DNA of 32,000 bases from Vibrio alginolyticus NBRC 15630 = ATCC 17749 (GTDB lineage: Bacteria > Pseudomonadota > Gammaproteobacteria > Enterobacterales > Vibrionaceae), in assembly GCF_000354175.2 (NCBI RefSeq), contig NC_022349.1, positions 420,001-452,000 of the forward strand, read 5' to 3'. Positions 15,562 to 24,726 of the stretch are shown here, one piece after another. Position 1 is the first letter of the stretch. Each line of letters begins with the position of its first letter. The translations under genes were made by a program, and so were the position numbers. Under the pieces are notes generated by a model. The model made no database searches. It saw only the letters and a list, made by a program, of their open reading frames with translations, and had not been told where the DNA came from.

Positions 15562-16245
15562 TCATACTAGCCACTTAAAAGAGCGCTGTAAGAACTCGTC
15601 TGCATTATCAAGGACGATTTCACCGTGAGCCATAACCAATATATTAGGTTTCCAAGACAGCAATTTACTTAAGTGTTTTCGAGCCTCTTGTTTGCTAAAC
15701 ATAAAACTTAGGCGCCAATCCAAAGGCATTTTTCCATTCGGAGCAAGAATACCGGCCCCTTTAGCCACAAACCGCTGCCAGTAGTTAAAGTCCTGGCCAG
15801 AAAAATTCTCGACGAGGTCAGTAACAATTAAGGTCTTTGAAAGTCGATGATAAAACACACACTCTTCCATTAATGGAGAGCCAGAAAATAGTTCTTGTTC
15901 AATCTCAGAGTTCCAAGCATTACCGCCTTGGTTAAGTGAAGCGTGAAAGTGTATATCACGGCACTTCTTAATGACTTCATCTGTGCCATAAATTTCTGCG
16001 CTAGGATAGGCAAATACCCATTCAGATAAGAACAAGTGGTGTAAATGATTAGGAGCGATTAAGTATTTCACTTGGCCTAGATTGTTGATTTGCTCTTTAA
16101 TCGAATTTGATAACTGAATTGGACTATGAACCCAAAGGCCACCATCAGAAAGCCTAACAATAGTCATACGAGTGGTGTATGGGAGTCCTAAGAATTGGAC
16201 GGGATCTCCGTCAAATATCCATATCTCATGGGCTAACTTTTTCAT
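15562..16245 (-). CDS. DUF4336 domain protein (metallo-beta-lactamase-like fold)
   Basis: 227 aa. RMTIVRLSDGGLWVHSP...LIAPNHLHHLF resembles DUF4336; the assignment is from memory. Confidence 0.6.
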   Translation of the reverse strand: MKKLAHEIWIFDGDPVQFLGLPYTTRMTIVRLSDGGLWVHSPIQLSNSIKEQINNLGQVKYLIAPNHLHHLFLSEWVFAYPSAEIYGTDEVIKKCRDIHFHASLNQGGNAWNSEIEQELFSGSPLMEECVFYHRLSKTLIVTDLVENFSGQDFNYWQRFVAKGAGILAPNGKMPLDWRLSFMFSKQEARKHLSKLLSWKPNILVMAHGEIVLDNADEFLQRSFKWLV

Positions 16246-16446
16246 GTCTCTCCAACCGTTAACACTGTATTAAGGCGGCATTTAAGTTACTCAAAAGCTG
16301 CCTTGCTGCACAATAAACGCTTCGCTAAGCGTAAACCAAAAATATTAGGTTTACCAAACCCTTATTGAGTGCAGCTGTACATCTTTGAGTATTTTTATAC
16401 TGAACGAACGTAAAGTAGTTTTAAGAGGATCATTTGACTTGATAGA

Positions 16447-16478
16447 ACAAAACCCCGCTATTTTTGAGCAGGGTTTTG
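16447..16478 (-). terminator. Rho-independent (bidirectional-looking) terminator after the NhaC-family gene
   Basis: AACCCCGCT (16451-16459) pairs with AGCAGGGTT (16468-16476) with 1 mismatch. T-runs lie on both sides. It sits 17 nt past the stop at 16495. Confidence 0.65.
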
Positions 16479-16494
16479 CAATTAGATAAAGGGG

Positions 16495-17979
16495 CTAACC
16501 GATGATGAAGAAGAAAATCGCGGTTGCAACAATACCAATCAACGCATAAGGAAACTGTGTGGTTGCGTGTTGCATTGCTGTACAGCCCGAACCTTGTGCA
16601 GATAACACGGTTGAGTCACTAAAGAAACAAGAGTGGCTCCCTGCCGCTGATGCTGAAAGCAGAGCTGCAACGGTTAAGTGTAGAGGCACACCAAGCTGTT
16701 CGCCCAAAGGTAGAACAATTGGCATCGCTACTGCAAACGTTCCCCAAGACGATGCCGTTGCAAATACCAACGCGCCCGTAATCATAAAGATAATCGCAGG
16801 GAAGTAAGACGCTGACAGGTAAGGGCTGACGGTCTCAATGACATACTGCGTGACGCCCAATGAGTCGTTGACCGATTTCAACATGAAACCACCAATAACG
16901 GTCGCAAGCGGCAGTAGCATAACTTTAATGCCATCATAAACAGCTTCGAACATGTCGTTCATCGAGATCAGTTTTTGTGCGCCGTAAAAGCTAATAGTAA
17001 AGATTAACGCGACGAAAACACCAGCAAGTAGATCGATACCAAAGTACCAACTTGCGGCAACGAGTACGATCATCGGCAACAAGAAGTTGACAAGGCCCAT
17101 GGTTGGGTTGGTATGTGCAGATACATCGGGACCAAAGTCGACATCTGTTGCACCGTCTGGACGAACTTGACCATTCTTCGCACGCTTTTCTGCCTTTTTC
17201 ATCGCACCTAGATCTGGGATCTTTTCCATTGCAACCAGCAAAACAATCACCAGCGTTACCCAGCCGTAAGCCATGTATGGAATAGCTTCAATGTATGCTT
17301 TGATACCATCTCCCGCTTCTGCTACTCCGTTTGCTTCTAGCAACGAACTGAAGAAAATTGCCCAAGTGGAAATCGGTACGAGGATACAGATAGGCGCGGC
17401 GGTTGAATCCACAAGATATGAGAGCTTTTCACGCGAGATTTGGTAGCCGTCCGTAACTTTTTTCATTGAGGAAGAAATTGCAATCGCATTCAAATAATCG
17501 TCGATAAAGATCAGAATACCTAACGCAAAGGTCATCAGCATCGATTGCTTACGGCTTTTTACTTTCGTGACCAGCATGTCGGAGAAGCTTAAGATACTGC
17601 CGCCTTTCTCCAAAATAGCAATTAGGCCGCCCATCAAACCACAAACGAGGATGATCCAGGCAATAGTTTCATCCATCATTACACTCATGGAAATATCAAC
17701 AATCTGTTCCACCGCTTCAGTTGGGTTAAGCAGAAGAACACCGGCAATAGCGCCGCTAAAGAGGGCTTCCACAGTTCGGTGTGTTGTCAGCGCAAAGACC
17801 AATACCAACGCCGTTGGTAAAAGACTCATCCATCCGTAGGCTTCGCCTTCCTCATGGTTCAAACCGATTGTGGTAAAAAAGACAAACGTCGCAACCGAGA
17901 TTAAAGAAACAATAATGTGTTGAGAGTTGATTTTAAGAGGCGCATCCAGCGCCTTGGTCTGCGTAGTCATAAAGTTCAT
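16495..17979 (-). CDS. NhaC-family Na+/H+ antiporter-type membrane transporter
   Basis: 494 aa polytopic membrane protein of NhaC-family length and pattern. It starts 9 nt after the puuA stop, so it is probably co-transcribed with puuA. An alternative start is the ATG at 17970. Confidence 0.85.
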   Translation of the reverse strand: MNFMTTQTKALDAPLKINSQHIIVSLISVATFVFFTTIGLNHEEGEAYGWMSLLPTALVLVFALTTHRTVEALFSGAIAGVLLLNPTEAVEQIVDISMSVMMDETIAWIILVCGLMGGLIAILEKGGSILSFSDMLVTKVKSRKQSMLMTFALGILIFIDDYLNAIAISSSMKKVTDGYQISREKLSYLVDSTAAPICILVPISTWAIFFSSLLEANGVAEAGDGIKAYIEAIPYMAYGWVTLVIVLLVAMEKIPDLGAMKKAEKRAKNGQVRPDGATDVDFGPDVSAHTNPTMGLVNFLLPMIVLVAASWYFGIDLLAGVFVALIFTISFYGAQKLISMNDMFEAVYDGIKVMLLPLATVIGGFMLKSVNDSLGVTQYVIETVSPYLSASYFPAIIFMITGALVFATASSWGTFAVAMPIVLPLGEQLGVPLHLTVAALLSASAAGSHSCFFSDSTVLSAQGSGCTAMQHATTQFPYALIGIVATAIFFFIIG

Positions 17980-17988
17980 TTCCTTTGT

Positions 17989-19332
17989 TTATGCCGAGTG
18001 CAACATCCAGTCGATTTCCAATGGAGTAATCGCTCGCTCAAATTCTGCGAGTTCACTCTGTTTGCAAGCTAGATACAAATCGATAAAGTCTCTTGAGATG
18101 TATTGAGCCAGCTCACTGTGCTCCAGTCGCTCTAGAGCTTCTGACATACGCAGAGGTAACTCAATTGCATCATCACTGAGAGTCGGTGGACATTGATCTT
18201 TGGTGTAGCTTTCACTCGCTAATACTGCGGAAAGTACTACTGCAGCGAGAATGTAAGGGTTAACGTCAGCGCCTGCTATACGATGCTCTATACGGCGATT
18301 TTTGCTATCGCTGATAGGCACACGCAACGCAACACCGCGGTGGTTTTCTCCCCAATCGGCTTTGGTCGGGACGTAAGCGCCAGGAACAAAGCGACGGTAA
18401 GAGTTAACGTTAGGACAGATTAGGGCCATGGCATCGGATGTTTGTGACAGCATCGCTGCCATGGTTTGATAGAAGAAGGCGCTCGCTTGACCGTCTGGTT
18501 GGCTAAAGTGGTTGTTACCATCTGTATCAACCAAGCTGAGGTGAATGTGCATGCCATTACCCGCTTGCTCACTAAAAGGTTTCGCCATAAATGTGGCGTC
18601 AAATCCGTGCTGATGAGCGACCTGGCGAATCAAGCGTTTTGCGATGATGATTTCATCACATGCTCGAAGTACATCTTTAGAATGGTTGAAGTTGATTTCG
18701 AACTGCCCTGGGGCCGATTCAGATAGGGCTCCGGAAGTGTTTAAGCCTTGTTCTAATGCAATTCGATTAAGGTCGGCCAAGAAATCAGCGTAGTCATCTA
18801 GTCCATCAAGGTCGTAAACCTCGGTATCTTTTTCTCGAGTTTTTTTCGTGGGGTTAATTGCCGTTAATGGTTCGCCATTTTCGCCGCGGGTTTTGTCTAT
18901 TAAATAGAACTCCAGCTCGAGCGCGACACAAGGATATTGGTCTTTAGCATGCAGTGTTTGCAATATAGAAGCGAGAATGTTTCGGATGAACAGTGGGTTA
19001 GGGTGCTGCCCGGTTTCATCCATCATACTAAGCAGTAGCTGACCAACTTGTTCTTTTGCCGTCGGCATTAAGGTGCCGCTGATTGGATAGCAGAGATTAT
19101 CTGGTTCTCCGAGATCTTCTCCCAACCCGGCTGTTTCAACGACGTTACCTTTGGTATCTAGGGTGATGGTCGAAAGGGGGAGGGCAACACCTTTATTCAG
19201 TTTTTCTAGAGCATCTATCGGGATGCGTTTTCCTCTTGGGGTGGCATTTATATCGGTAAAGATGAGATCGATAAATTCAATATCGGGCCATTTTTGTTTA
19301 AAATTTTGTACTTCCTGTAGATACGATTCCAT
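17989..19332 (-). CDS. puuA: Glutamine synthetase family protein, gamma-glutamylputrescine synthetase type
   Basis: GS catalytic-domain motifs (NGMHIHLSL, NSYRR). It is divergent from puuD-puuR-puuC-puuB as in E. coli. The ATG at 19332 follows a GGAG 8 nt upstream; the track start at 19377 is less likely. Confidence 0.85.
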   Translation of the reverse strand: MESYLQEVQNFKQKWPDIEFIDLIFTDINATPRGKRIPIDALEKLNKGVALPLSTITLDTKGNVVETAGLGEDLGEPDNLCYPISGTLMPTAKEQVGQLLLSMMDETGQHPNPLFIRNILASILQTLHAKDQYPCVALELEFYLIDKTRGENGEPLTAINPTKKTREKDTEVYDLDGLDDYADFLADLNRIALEQGLNTSGALSESAPGQFEINFNHSKDVLRACDEIIIAKRLIRQVAHQHGFDATFMAKPFSEQAGNGMHIHLSLVDTDGNNHFSQPDGQASAFFYQTMAAMLSQTSDAMALICPNVNSYRRFVPGAYVPTKADWGENHRGVALRVPISDSKNRRIEHRIAGADVNPYILAAVVLSAVLASESYTKDQCPPTLSDDAIELPLRMSEALERLEHSELAQYISRDFIDLYLACKQSELAEFERAITPLEIDWMLHSA

Positions 19333-19493
19333 TTTCTTCTCCAAATAGCCTGACGAGTAGAAATTAGAAATAACCAAATTAACAAATAAATTACAGCACT
19401 CTGAGCGAGCTGTTTGTTTTTTAGGTTATTTTTAATTTAAACATGTACTTACACTGTGTTTTTGATGTTTAACGGCTGGTTTTTATGTCTTTC

Positions 19494-19512
19494 TGTTAAC
19501 TATTTTGTAACA
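19494..19512. promoter_or_regulatory. Candidate PuuR operator 3 (weaker)
   Basis: Palindrome TGTTAA-N7-GTAACA. Confidence 0.25.
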
Positions 19513-19525
19513 GTTGGTTTTGTTT

Positions 19526-19543
19526 TGTTCAATATAATGAGCA
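19526..19543. promoter_or_regulatory. Candidate PuuR operator 1, overlapping a perfect TATAAT hexamer
   Basis: TGTTCA-ATATAA-TGAGCA. The stretch CAATATAATGAGCA resembles the E. coli PuuR box AAAATATAATGAACA (recalled from the literature, unverified). TATAAT lies at 19533-19538. Confidence 0.4.
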
Positions 19544-19644
19544 TAAATATTCAGTTTTGAAGCCTAAAAAGTGCTTCAGATCACGTTGTGACGATAATAA
19601 TGGTCATCTGTGTTGATAATTTTGTACATGGTTTGTAGGGTTTG

Positions 19645-19662
19645 TGTTAAATAAATTGAACA
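19645..19662. promoter_or_regulatory. Candidate PuuR operator 2
   Basis: TGTTAA-ATAAAT-TGAACA palindrome, 11 nt upstream of the puuD ATG. Confidence 0.35.
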
Positions 19663-19672
19663 CGGACATATC

Positions 19673-20419
19673 ATGGCAGATACACACAAACCCATCATTG
19701 GTGTGGTTAGCTGCGCTAAAGAGTTGGGTGGCTATCAGATACAAGCGGTCAACGACTTTTACCTTCGCGCCATAAAGGATTTTGGAGGACTACCGATTAT
19801 GTTGGCTCCCGACATGTCGGGCGATGACGTAACCACCATCCTAGACATATGTGATGGTTTTCTTTTTCCTGGCAGCCACTCTAACGTTGCGCCACATCGA
19901 TACAATGCAACGCACGAAGAGAGCTACAAAGATGAAGCTCGTGATGAGCTCTCATTCACGTTAATTCGTCATGCGGTTGACCAAAACATTCCGTGCCTTG
20001 GTATTTGCCGCGGCTTTCAAGAGATGAATGTCGCACTTGGTGGCTCGTTAAACCCAGCCGTTCATGACTCCGGCTTCAATGACCATCGTGAAGCGCCTGT
20101 TGAAGATTTCGAACAAAAATACGCGCCAGCACACGCTGTGCTAGTTCAAAAGCAGAGCTTATTTGAACAATGGCTGGTGCAAAATCATTGGGAAAATACC
20201 ACCTTCTTTGAAGTGAACACACTACACAACCAAGGCGTCGATCAGCTTGCTCCTCTATTACAAGTAGAAGCTAAAGCCCCGGATGGCTTGGTAGAAGCAT
20301 TTAGTCTTCCTAATCAAAAATTTTTCGTTGGCGTGCAGTGGCACCCAGAATGGGAAGCAAAAACCAATCATTTCTCTCAAATTTTGTTCAATGAATTTAT
20401 GATGGCTACCTCTCGTTAA
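19673..20419 (+). CDS. puuD: Gamma-glutamyl-gamma-aminobutyrate hydrolase (peptidase C26, class I GATase fold)
   Basis: 248 aa with the GICRGFQ nucleophile elbow and HPEW. The operon context supports the call. Confidence 0.85.
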   Translation: MADTHKPIIGVVSCAKELGGYQIQAVNDFYLRAIKDFGGLPIMLAPDMSGDDVTTILDICDGFLFPGSHSNVAPHRYNATHEESYKDEARDELSFTLIRHAVDQNIPCLGICRGFQEMNVALGGSLNPAVHDSGFNDHREAPVEDFEQKYAPAHAVLVQKQSLFEQWLVQNHWENTTFFEVNTLHNQGVDQLAPLLQVEAKAPDGLVEAFSLPNQKFFVGVQWHPEWEAKTNHFSQILFNEFMMATSR

Positions 20420-20437
20420 ACGTTTGGAGCTGTATGA

Positions 20438-20995
20438 ATGGACAATCAAGAGATTGGTAAAAATATTGTTCAGTTACGAAAAAAACATGGATTGTCACAA
20501 AGGGAACTAGCCGAGCGCGCTGGTATTACCCACAGTGCAATCTCATCCATTGAAAATGGCAAAGTGAGCCCGTCGGTCAGCTCACTACAAAAAATCGTTA
20601 ATGTATTTTCTTTATCGTTATCAGAGTTTTTCACTTTTGAACAACCTTCGAACGATGAAGTGAAAGTAGTCATCAAGCCGTCAGATCTTGTGGAAATCGG
20701 GAGCGAGACGGTGTCCATGAAACTGGTAACGAATGGCGACAAAGATCAAGTCATCGGATTCTTGATCGAGGAATACGCACCTTATGGAACCACTGGTGCG
20801 GCAGAAATCAAACACGAAGGCGAAGAGATTGGCACCGTATTAGAGGGTGAAATCACTCTGGAATATAAAGGGCAATCTCATGTCATAACAGCGGGCGAGT
20901 CGTACATTATTGATACGACGAAGCCCCATCGATTTACAAATCACACAGACAAGGCTTGTCGAATGATAAGTGCGCATACGCCAACCACATTTTAG
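20438..20995 (+). CDS. puuR: XRE-HTH plus cupin transcriptional repressor, PuuR type
   Basis: 185 aa, the same length as E. coli PuuR. N-terminal HTH LRKKHGLSQRELAERAGITHSAISSIENGK and a C-terminal cupin. Confidence 0.85.
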   Translation: MDNQEIGKNIVQLRKKHGLSQRELAERAGITHSAISSIENGKVSPSVSSLQKIVNVFSLSLSEFFTFEQPSNDEVKVVIKPSDLVEIGSETVSMKLVTNGDKDQVIGFLIEEYAPYGTTGAAEIKHEGEEIGTVLEGEITLEYKGQSHVITAGESYIIDTTKPHRFTNHTDKACRMISAHTPTTF

Positions 20996-21030
20996 TGGGG
21001 GCTTGCCTTGTGTGATCACAAGGAGAGCGT

Positions 21031-22515
21031 ATGAAAACCCAAGAGCAATGGATTGAACTAAAAAACAATCTAAACATCGAAAACAGGGCGTACATTAACG
21101 GTGAATACAGTGCTGCTTTAACAGGGCAAACCATCCCGGTAGTTAACCCAGCAACAGATGAGATATTCACCGAAATCGCCCGTTGCCAAAATGAAGATGT
21201 TGATCTCGCAGTTTCATACGCTCGCCAAGCATTTCAATCCGGTCAGTGGAGCGAGAGCAGCCCAGCTCATCGCAAAGCAGTGCTTAAACAGTTTGCTGAC
21301 TTGATTGATCAAAACCAAGAAGAATTGGCTCTGCTAGAAACGCTTGATACCGGTAAGCCTATCTCTCACAGCTTCTCTACCGATATTCCTGGTGCGGCGA
21401 GTGCATTACGCTGGTACGCAGAAGCAATCGACAAAGTATACGGCGAAGTTGCCCCAACCGAAAAAGATGTACACGCTTTTATTTCTCATCAACCGATTGG
21501 TGTGGTTGCTGCGGTTGTACCGTGGAACTTCCCACTTTGGCTTGCGTGCTGGAAGCTTGGCCCTGCTTTAGCGGCTGGTAATAGCGTGATTCTAAAACCG
21601 TCAGAAAAATCTTCTCTCACCGCGATATTCCTAGGTCAACTTGCTTCTCGAGCGGGCTTACCAACAGGCGTTTTCCAAGTCGTTACGGGTTTTGGTCATG
21701 AAGCTGGCGACGCGCTGGCGAAACACCAAGACGTAGACTGCATCGCTTTCACAGGCTCGACGCGCATTGCAGGTCAACTGATGGTCAGATCGGGTGAGAG
21801 CAACCTAAAACGCGTGTTTGCAGAAGCGGGCGGTAAGAACGCGAACATCGTGTTTGAAGATTGTGATGATTTAGACCGCGCAGCAGCAGACACCGCCGCA
21901 GGGTGTTTCTACAACCAAGGTGAGGTGTGCGTCGCGGCAACCCGCCTGCTTGTTCACGAAAGCATCAAAGATCAGTTCTTAGAAAAAGTTATTCAAGCGT
22001 CGAAAGCGTTCACGCCAAAAGACCCAATGGACCCAAGTTCATCCATGGGAGCGCTCATCGACCAAGATCATAAATCAAAAGTGTTGGAATACATCTCGTT
22101 AGGTGAATCAGAAGGTGCAAACGTACGTTGTGGCGGCGATGTCGATGGGCAGGGCGCATTTGTTTCCCCAACCATTTTAGACAATATCGACAACAAGATG
22201 CGTGTCGCCCAAGAGGAAATTTTTGGTCCGGTGCTGTGTGTCATTCCATTCAAAGACGAAGCGCAAGCAATTGAGATCGCTAACGATTCGAAGTACGGCT
22301 TAGGTGCTGCACTTTGGAGTAGCAATATCAACCGCGTTCATCGCGTAGCAAAACGACTGCAAGCCGGCTCGGTTTGGGTCAACAACTATAACGAAGGTGA
22401 CATGACGGTCCCATTTGGTGGATTCAAAATGAGTGGAAATGGTCGAGACAAGTCTCTCCACGCGATTGAAAAATTCACCGAAACCAAAACCACTTGGATT
22501 CGCCTCCATCCTTAA
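21031..22515 (+). CDS. puuC: NAD(P)-dependent aldehyde dehydrogenase, gamma-glutamyl-gamma-aminobutyraldehyde dehydrogenase type
   Basis: 494 aa ALDH with VPWNFPL, catalytic region FYNQGEVCVA and EEIFGPV. It sits between puuR and puuB. Confidence 0.85.
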   Translation: MKTQEQWIELKNNLNIENRAYINGEYSAALTGQTIPVVNPATDEIFTEIARCQNEDVDLAVSYARQAFQSGQWSESSPAHRKAVLKQFADLIDQNQEELALLETLDTGKPISHSFSTDIPGAASALRWYAEAIDKVYGEVAPTEKDVHAFISHQPIGVVAAVVPWNFPLWLACWKLGPALAAGNSVILKPSEKSSLTAIFLGQLASRAGLPTGVFQVVTGFGHEAGDALAKHQDVDCIAFTGSTRIAGQLMVRSGESNLKRVFAEAGGKNANIVFEDCDDLDRAAADTAAGCFYNQGEVCVAATRLLVHESIKDQFLEKVIQASKAFTPKDPMDPSSSMGALIDQDHKSKVLEYISLGESEGANVRCGGDVDGQGAFVSPTILDNIDNKMRVAQEEIFGPVLCVIPFKDEAQAIEIANDSKYGLGAALWSSNINRVHRVAKRLQAGSVWVNNYNEGDMTVPFGGFKMSGNGRDKSLHAIEKFTETKTTWIRLHP

Positions 22516-22552
22516 GCCTGCTGACGATTACGATAAATAAAGGAATAGTTCT

Positions 22553-23830
22553 ATGAACAAGCATACGGATTCGTTCTACGCGCACTCTGTGCCAAACATG
22601 CCGGAATACCCACAGTTGCAAAACGACATCGAGTGCGATGTGTGTGTAGTCGGTGCGGGATTTTCTGGTCTTTCTTCTGCACTACACCTTGCAGAAAAAG
22701 GTTTTAAAGTTGTTGTGCTAGAAAGCGCAAAAGTGGGCTTTGGAGCAACTGGTCGTAACGGTGGCCAAATCGTTAACAGCTACAGCCGAGATGTTGACGT
22801 GATTGAAAGCCGTTACGACCAAAACCAAGCCAAAGCTCTGTGCGATATGATTTTTGAAGGCGGCGATATCATCCGTGGTCTGATCGACAAATACGACATC
22901 AACTGTGATTACAAGCAAGGCGGCTTGTTCACGGCACTGAACAGTAAACAACTCAAAGGGCTAGAAGAACATAAGAAGAACTGGGAGCGTTACGGCAACG
23001 ACCAACTGACTCTACTTGACGCAGGAGAAGTAGAACAAGCGGTAGGGACCAAAGTGTACACTGGTGGCTTGTTGGATATGCGCGGTGGTCACATTCACCC
23101 GCTTAAACTCGCGTTAGGTGAAGCCGCTGCGTTTATTTCTCTGGGTGGCCAAATCTTCGAACAGTCGGCGGTCGTATCGATTGACAAAGGGATTAACCCA
23201 GTAGTGAAAACAGCGCAAGGCAGCGTGAAGAGCAGGTACGTGGTTTTGGCAGGTAACGCCTACCTTGGTGGTTTGGCACCAAACATCAGCAACAAAGCGA
23301 TCCCGTGCGGCACACAAGTGGTGGCGACTCAGCCTTTGAGTGATGAGCAGCTAAAACAAGTGCTGACCAGTGACTACTGCGTTGAAGACTGTAACTACTT
23401 GCTTGACTACTTCCGCTTAACCGCCGACAAGCGTTTGTTATTCGGAGGTGGCGTGGTTTACGGCGCACGTGACCCAGAAAACATTGAAGCACTGATCCGT
23501 CCGAAGATGGAGAAAGTCTTCCCACAATTGAAAGGCATCAAGATTGATTACACCTGGACGGGTAACTTCTTGCTGACTTACTCACGCATGCCGCAATTTG
23601 GCTCGTTTGCAGACAACATTTACTACCTACAAGGCTACAGCGGTCACGGTGTAACGTGTACTCACCTAGCAGGCAAGTTGCTGGCTGAAACCTTGACTGG
23701 ACACGCAGAACGCTTTGACGCGTTTGCCGCTCTGAAACATTACTCCTTCCCGGGTGGCCGCCACTTCCAAATTCCGTTTACGGCAATGGGCGCGGCTTAC
23801 TACAACCTACGTGACAAACTGGCGATTTAA
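22553..23830 (+). CDS. puuB: FAD-dependent oxidoreductase, gamma-glutamylputrescine oxidase type
   Basis: 425 aa with the dinucleotide-binding motif VCVVGAGFSGLSSA. DAO family and operon context. Confidence 0.8.
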   Translation: MNKHTDSFYAHSVPNMPEYPQLQNDIECDVCVVGAGFSGLSSALHLAEKGFKVVVLESAKVGFGATGRNGGQIVNSYSRDVDVIESRYDQNQAKALCDMIFEGGDIIRGLIDKYDINCDYKQGGLFTALNSKQLKGLEEHKKNWERYGNDQLTLLDAGEVEQAVGTKVYTGGLLDMRGGHIHPLKLALGEAAAFISLGGQIFEQSAVVSIDKGINPVVKTAQGSVKSRYVVLAGNAYLGGLAPNISNKAIPCGTQVVATQPLSDEQLKQVLTSDYCVEDCNYLLDYFRLTADKRLLFGGGVVYGARDPENIEALIRPKMEKVFPQLKGIKIDYTWTGNFLLTYSRMPQFGSFADNIYYLQGYSGHGVTCTHLAGKLLAETLTGHAERFDAFAALKHYSFPGGRHFQIPFTAMGAAYYNLRDKLAI

Positions 23831-23847
23831 GAGATAAGGAATATCCA

Positions 23848-24714
23848 ATGAGCAAAGTAGTGAAATTTGCAGCCCTTCAACTGACGAAAAGCTGGGATCT
23901 GGAAGATAACTTAGCCAAAGCAAAAAATGCGATTCGTGAAGCAGCACAAAACGGTGCGAACGTGATTCTTCCTCAAGAGCTGTTCGCCGCACCTTACTTC
24001 TGCAAAAAACAAGAAGCGAAGTATTTCGAGCTTGCAGAAGAAACGGAGAATTGTCGTCTTATTAAAGAGATGAGTGCGTTGGCTAAAGAGCTCGGCGTGG
24101 TGATTCCTGTCAGCTACTTTGAAAAAGCGGGCAATACGTTTTTTAACTCGCTAGTAATGATAGATGCCGATGGCACGGTACTAGATAACTACCGCAAGTC
24201 ACACATTCCTGACGGCCCGGGCTACAGCGAGAAGTACTACTTTAGCCCTGGCGATACTGGTTTCAAAGTGTGGCAAACCAAGTTCGGTAAGTTCGGTGCT
24301 GGCATTTGCTGGGACCAATGGTTTCCAGAGCTTGCACGCAGCTTGGCTCTGCACGGCGCGGAAGCGATTTTTTACCCAACTGCAATCGGTTCTGAGCCTC
24401 AAGATCCGACACTGGATTCACGTGACCACTGGCAACGTACAATGCAAGGTCACTCGGCAGCAAACCTCGTTCCAGTGATTGCGTCAAACCGAGTGGGCAC
24501 TGAAGTCGATGATGGTATCGAGACGACGTTCTACGGCTCTTCTTTTATCACTGACCACACTGGTGCAAAAATTGCCGAAGCACCGCGTCAAGGTGAAACC
24601 ATCATTTACGCAGAAATCGACCTAGCTACGACAGCGAAAGCGCGTCACGCGTGGGGCTTGTTCCGCGACCGTCGTCCAGACCTTTACACCAGCGTTGGCA
24701 AACTAGCCGTTTAA
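23848..24714 (+). CDS. aguB: N-carbamoylputrescine amidase (CN-hydrolase/nitrilase superfamily)
   Basis: 288 aa with Glu-Lys-Cys triad regions (LPQELF, YRKSHIP, GICWDQWFPE). It lies adjacent to aguA. Confidence 0.9.
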   Translation: MSKVVKFAALQLTKSWDLEDNLAKAKNAIREAAQNGANVILPQELFAAPYFCKKQEAKYFELAEETENCRLIKEMSALAKELGVVIPVSYFEKAGNTFFNSLVMIDADGTVLDNYRKSHIPDGPGYSEKYYFSPGDTGFKVWQTKFGKFGAGICWDQWFPELARSLALHGAEAIFYPTAIGSEPQDPTLDSRDHWQRTMQGHSAANLVPVIASNRVGTEVDDGIETTFYGSSFITDHTGAKIAEAPRQGETIIYAEIDLATTAKARHAWGLFRDRRPDLYTSVGKLAV

Positions 24715-24726
24715 AGAGGCGTTAAA

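Noticed and set aside
8040-16430. Canonical Vibrio superintegron (VCR-type cassette array)
   Set aside because: There is no intI gene. There is no conserved repeat of about 120 bp resembling the VCR family (TAACAAACGCC...GGCGGGCGTTA as I recall it). The spacers are mostly unique in sequence and vary from 64 to 418 bp. Only short core-like motifs recur. I therefore report those motifs as findings and do not annotate attC sites or an integron.
16559-19348. Plus-strand ORFs inside the nhaC-family and puuA genes (16559..16807, 17103..17285, 17567..17839, 18466..18726, 19151..19348) and the minus-strand ORF 18420..18602
   Set aside because: They are antisense or alternative-frame overlaps of strongly supported genes.
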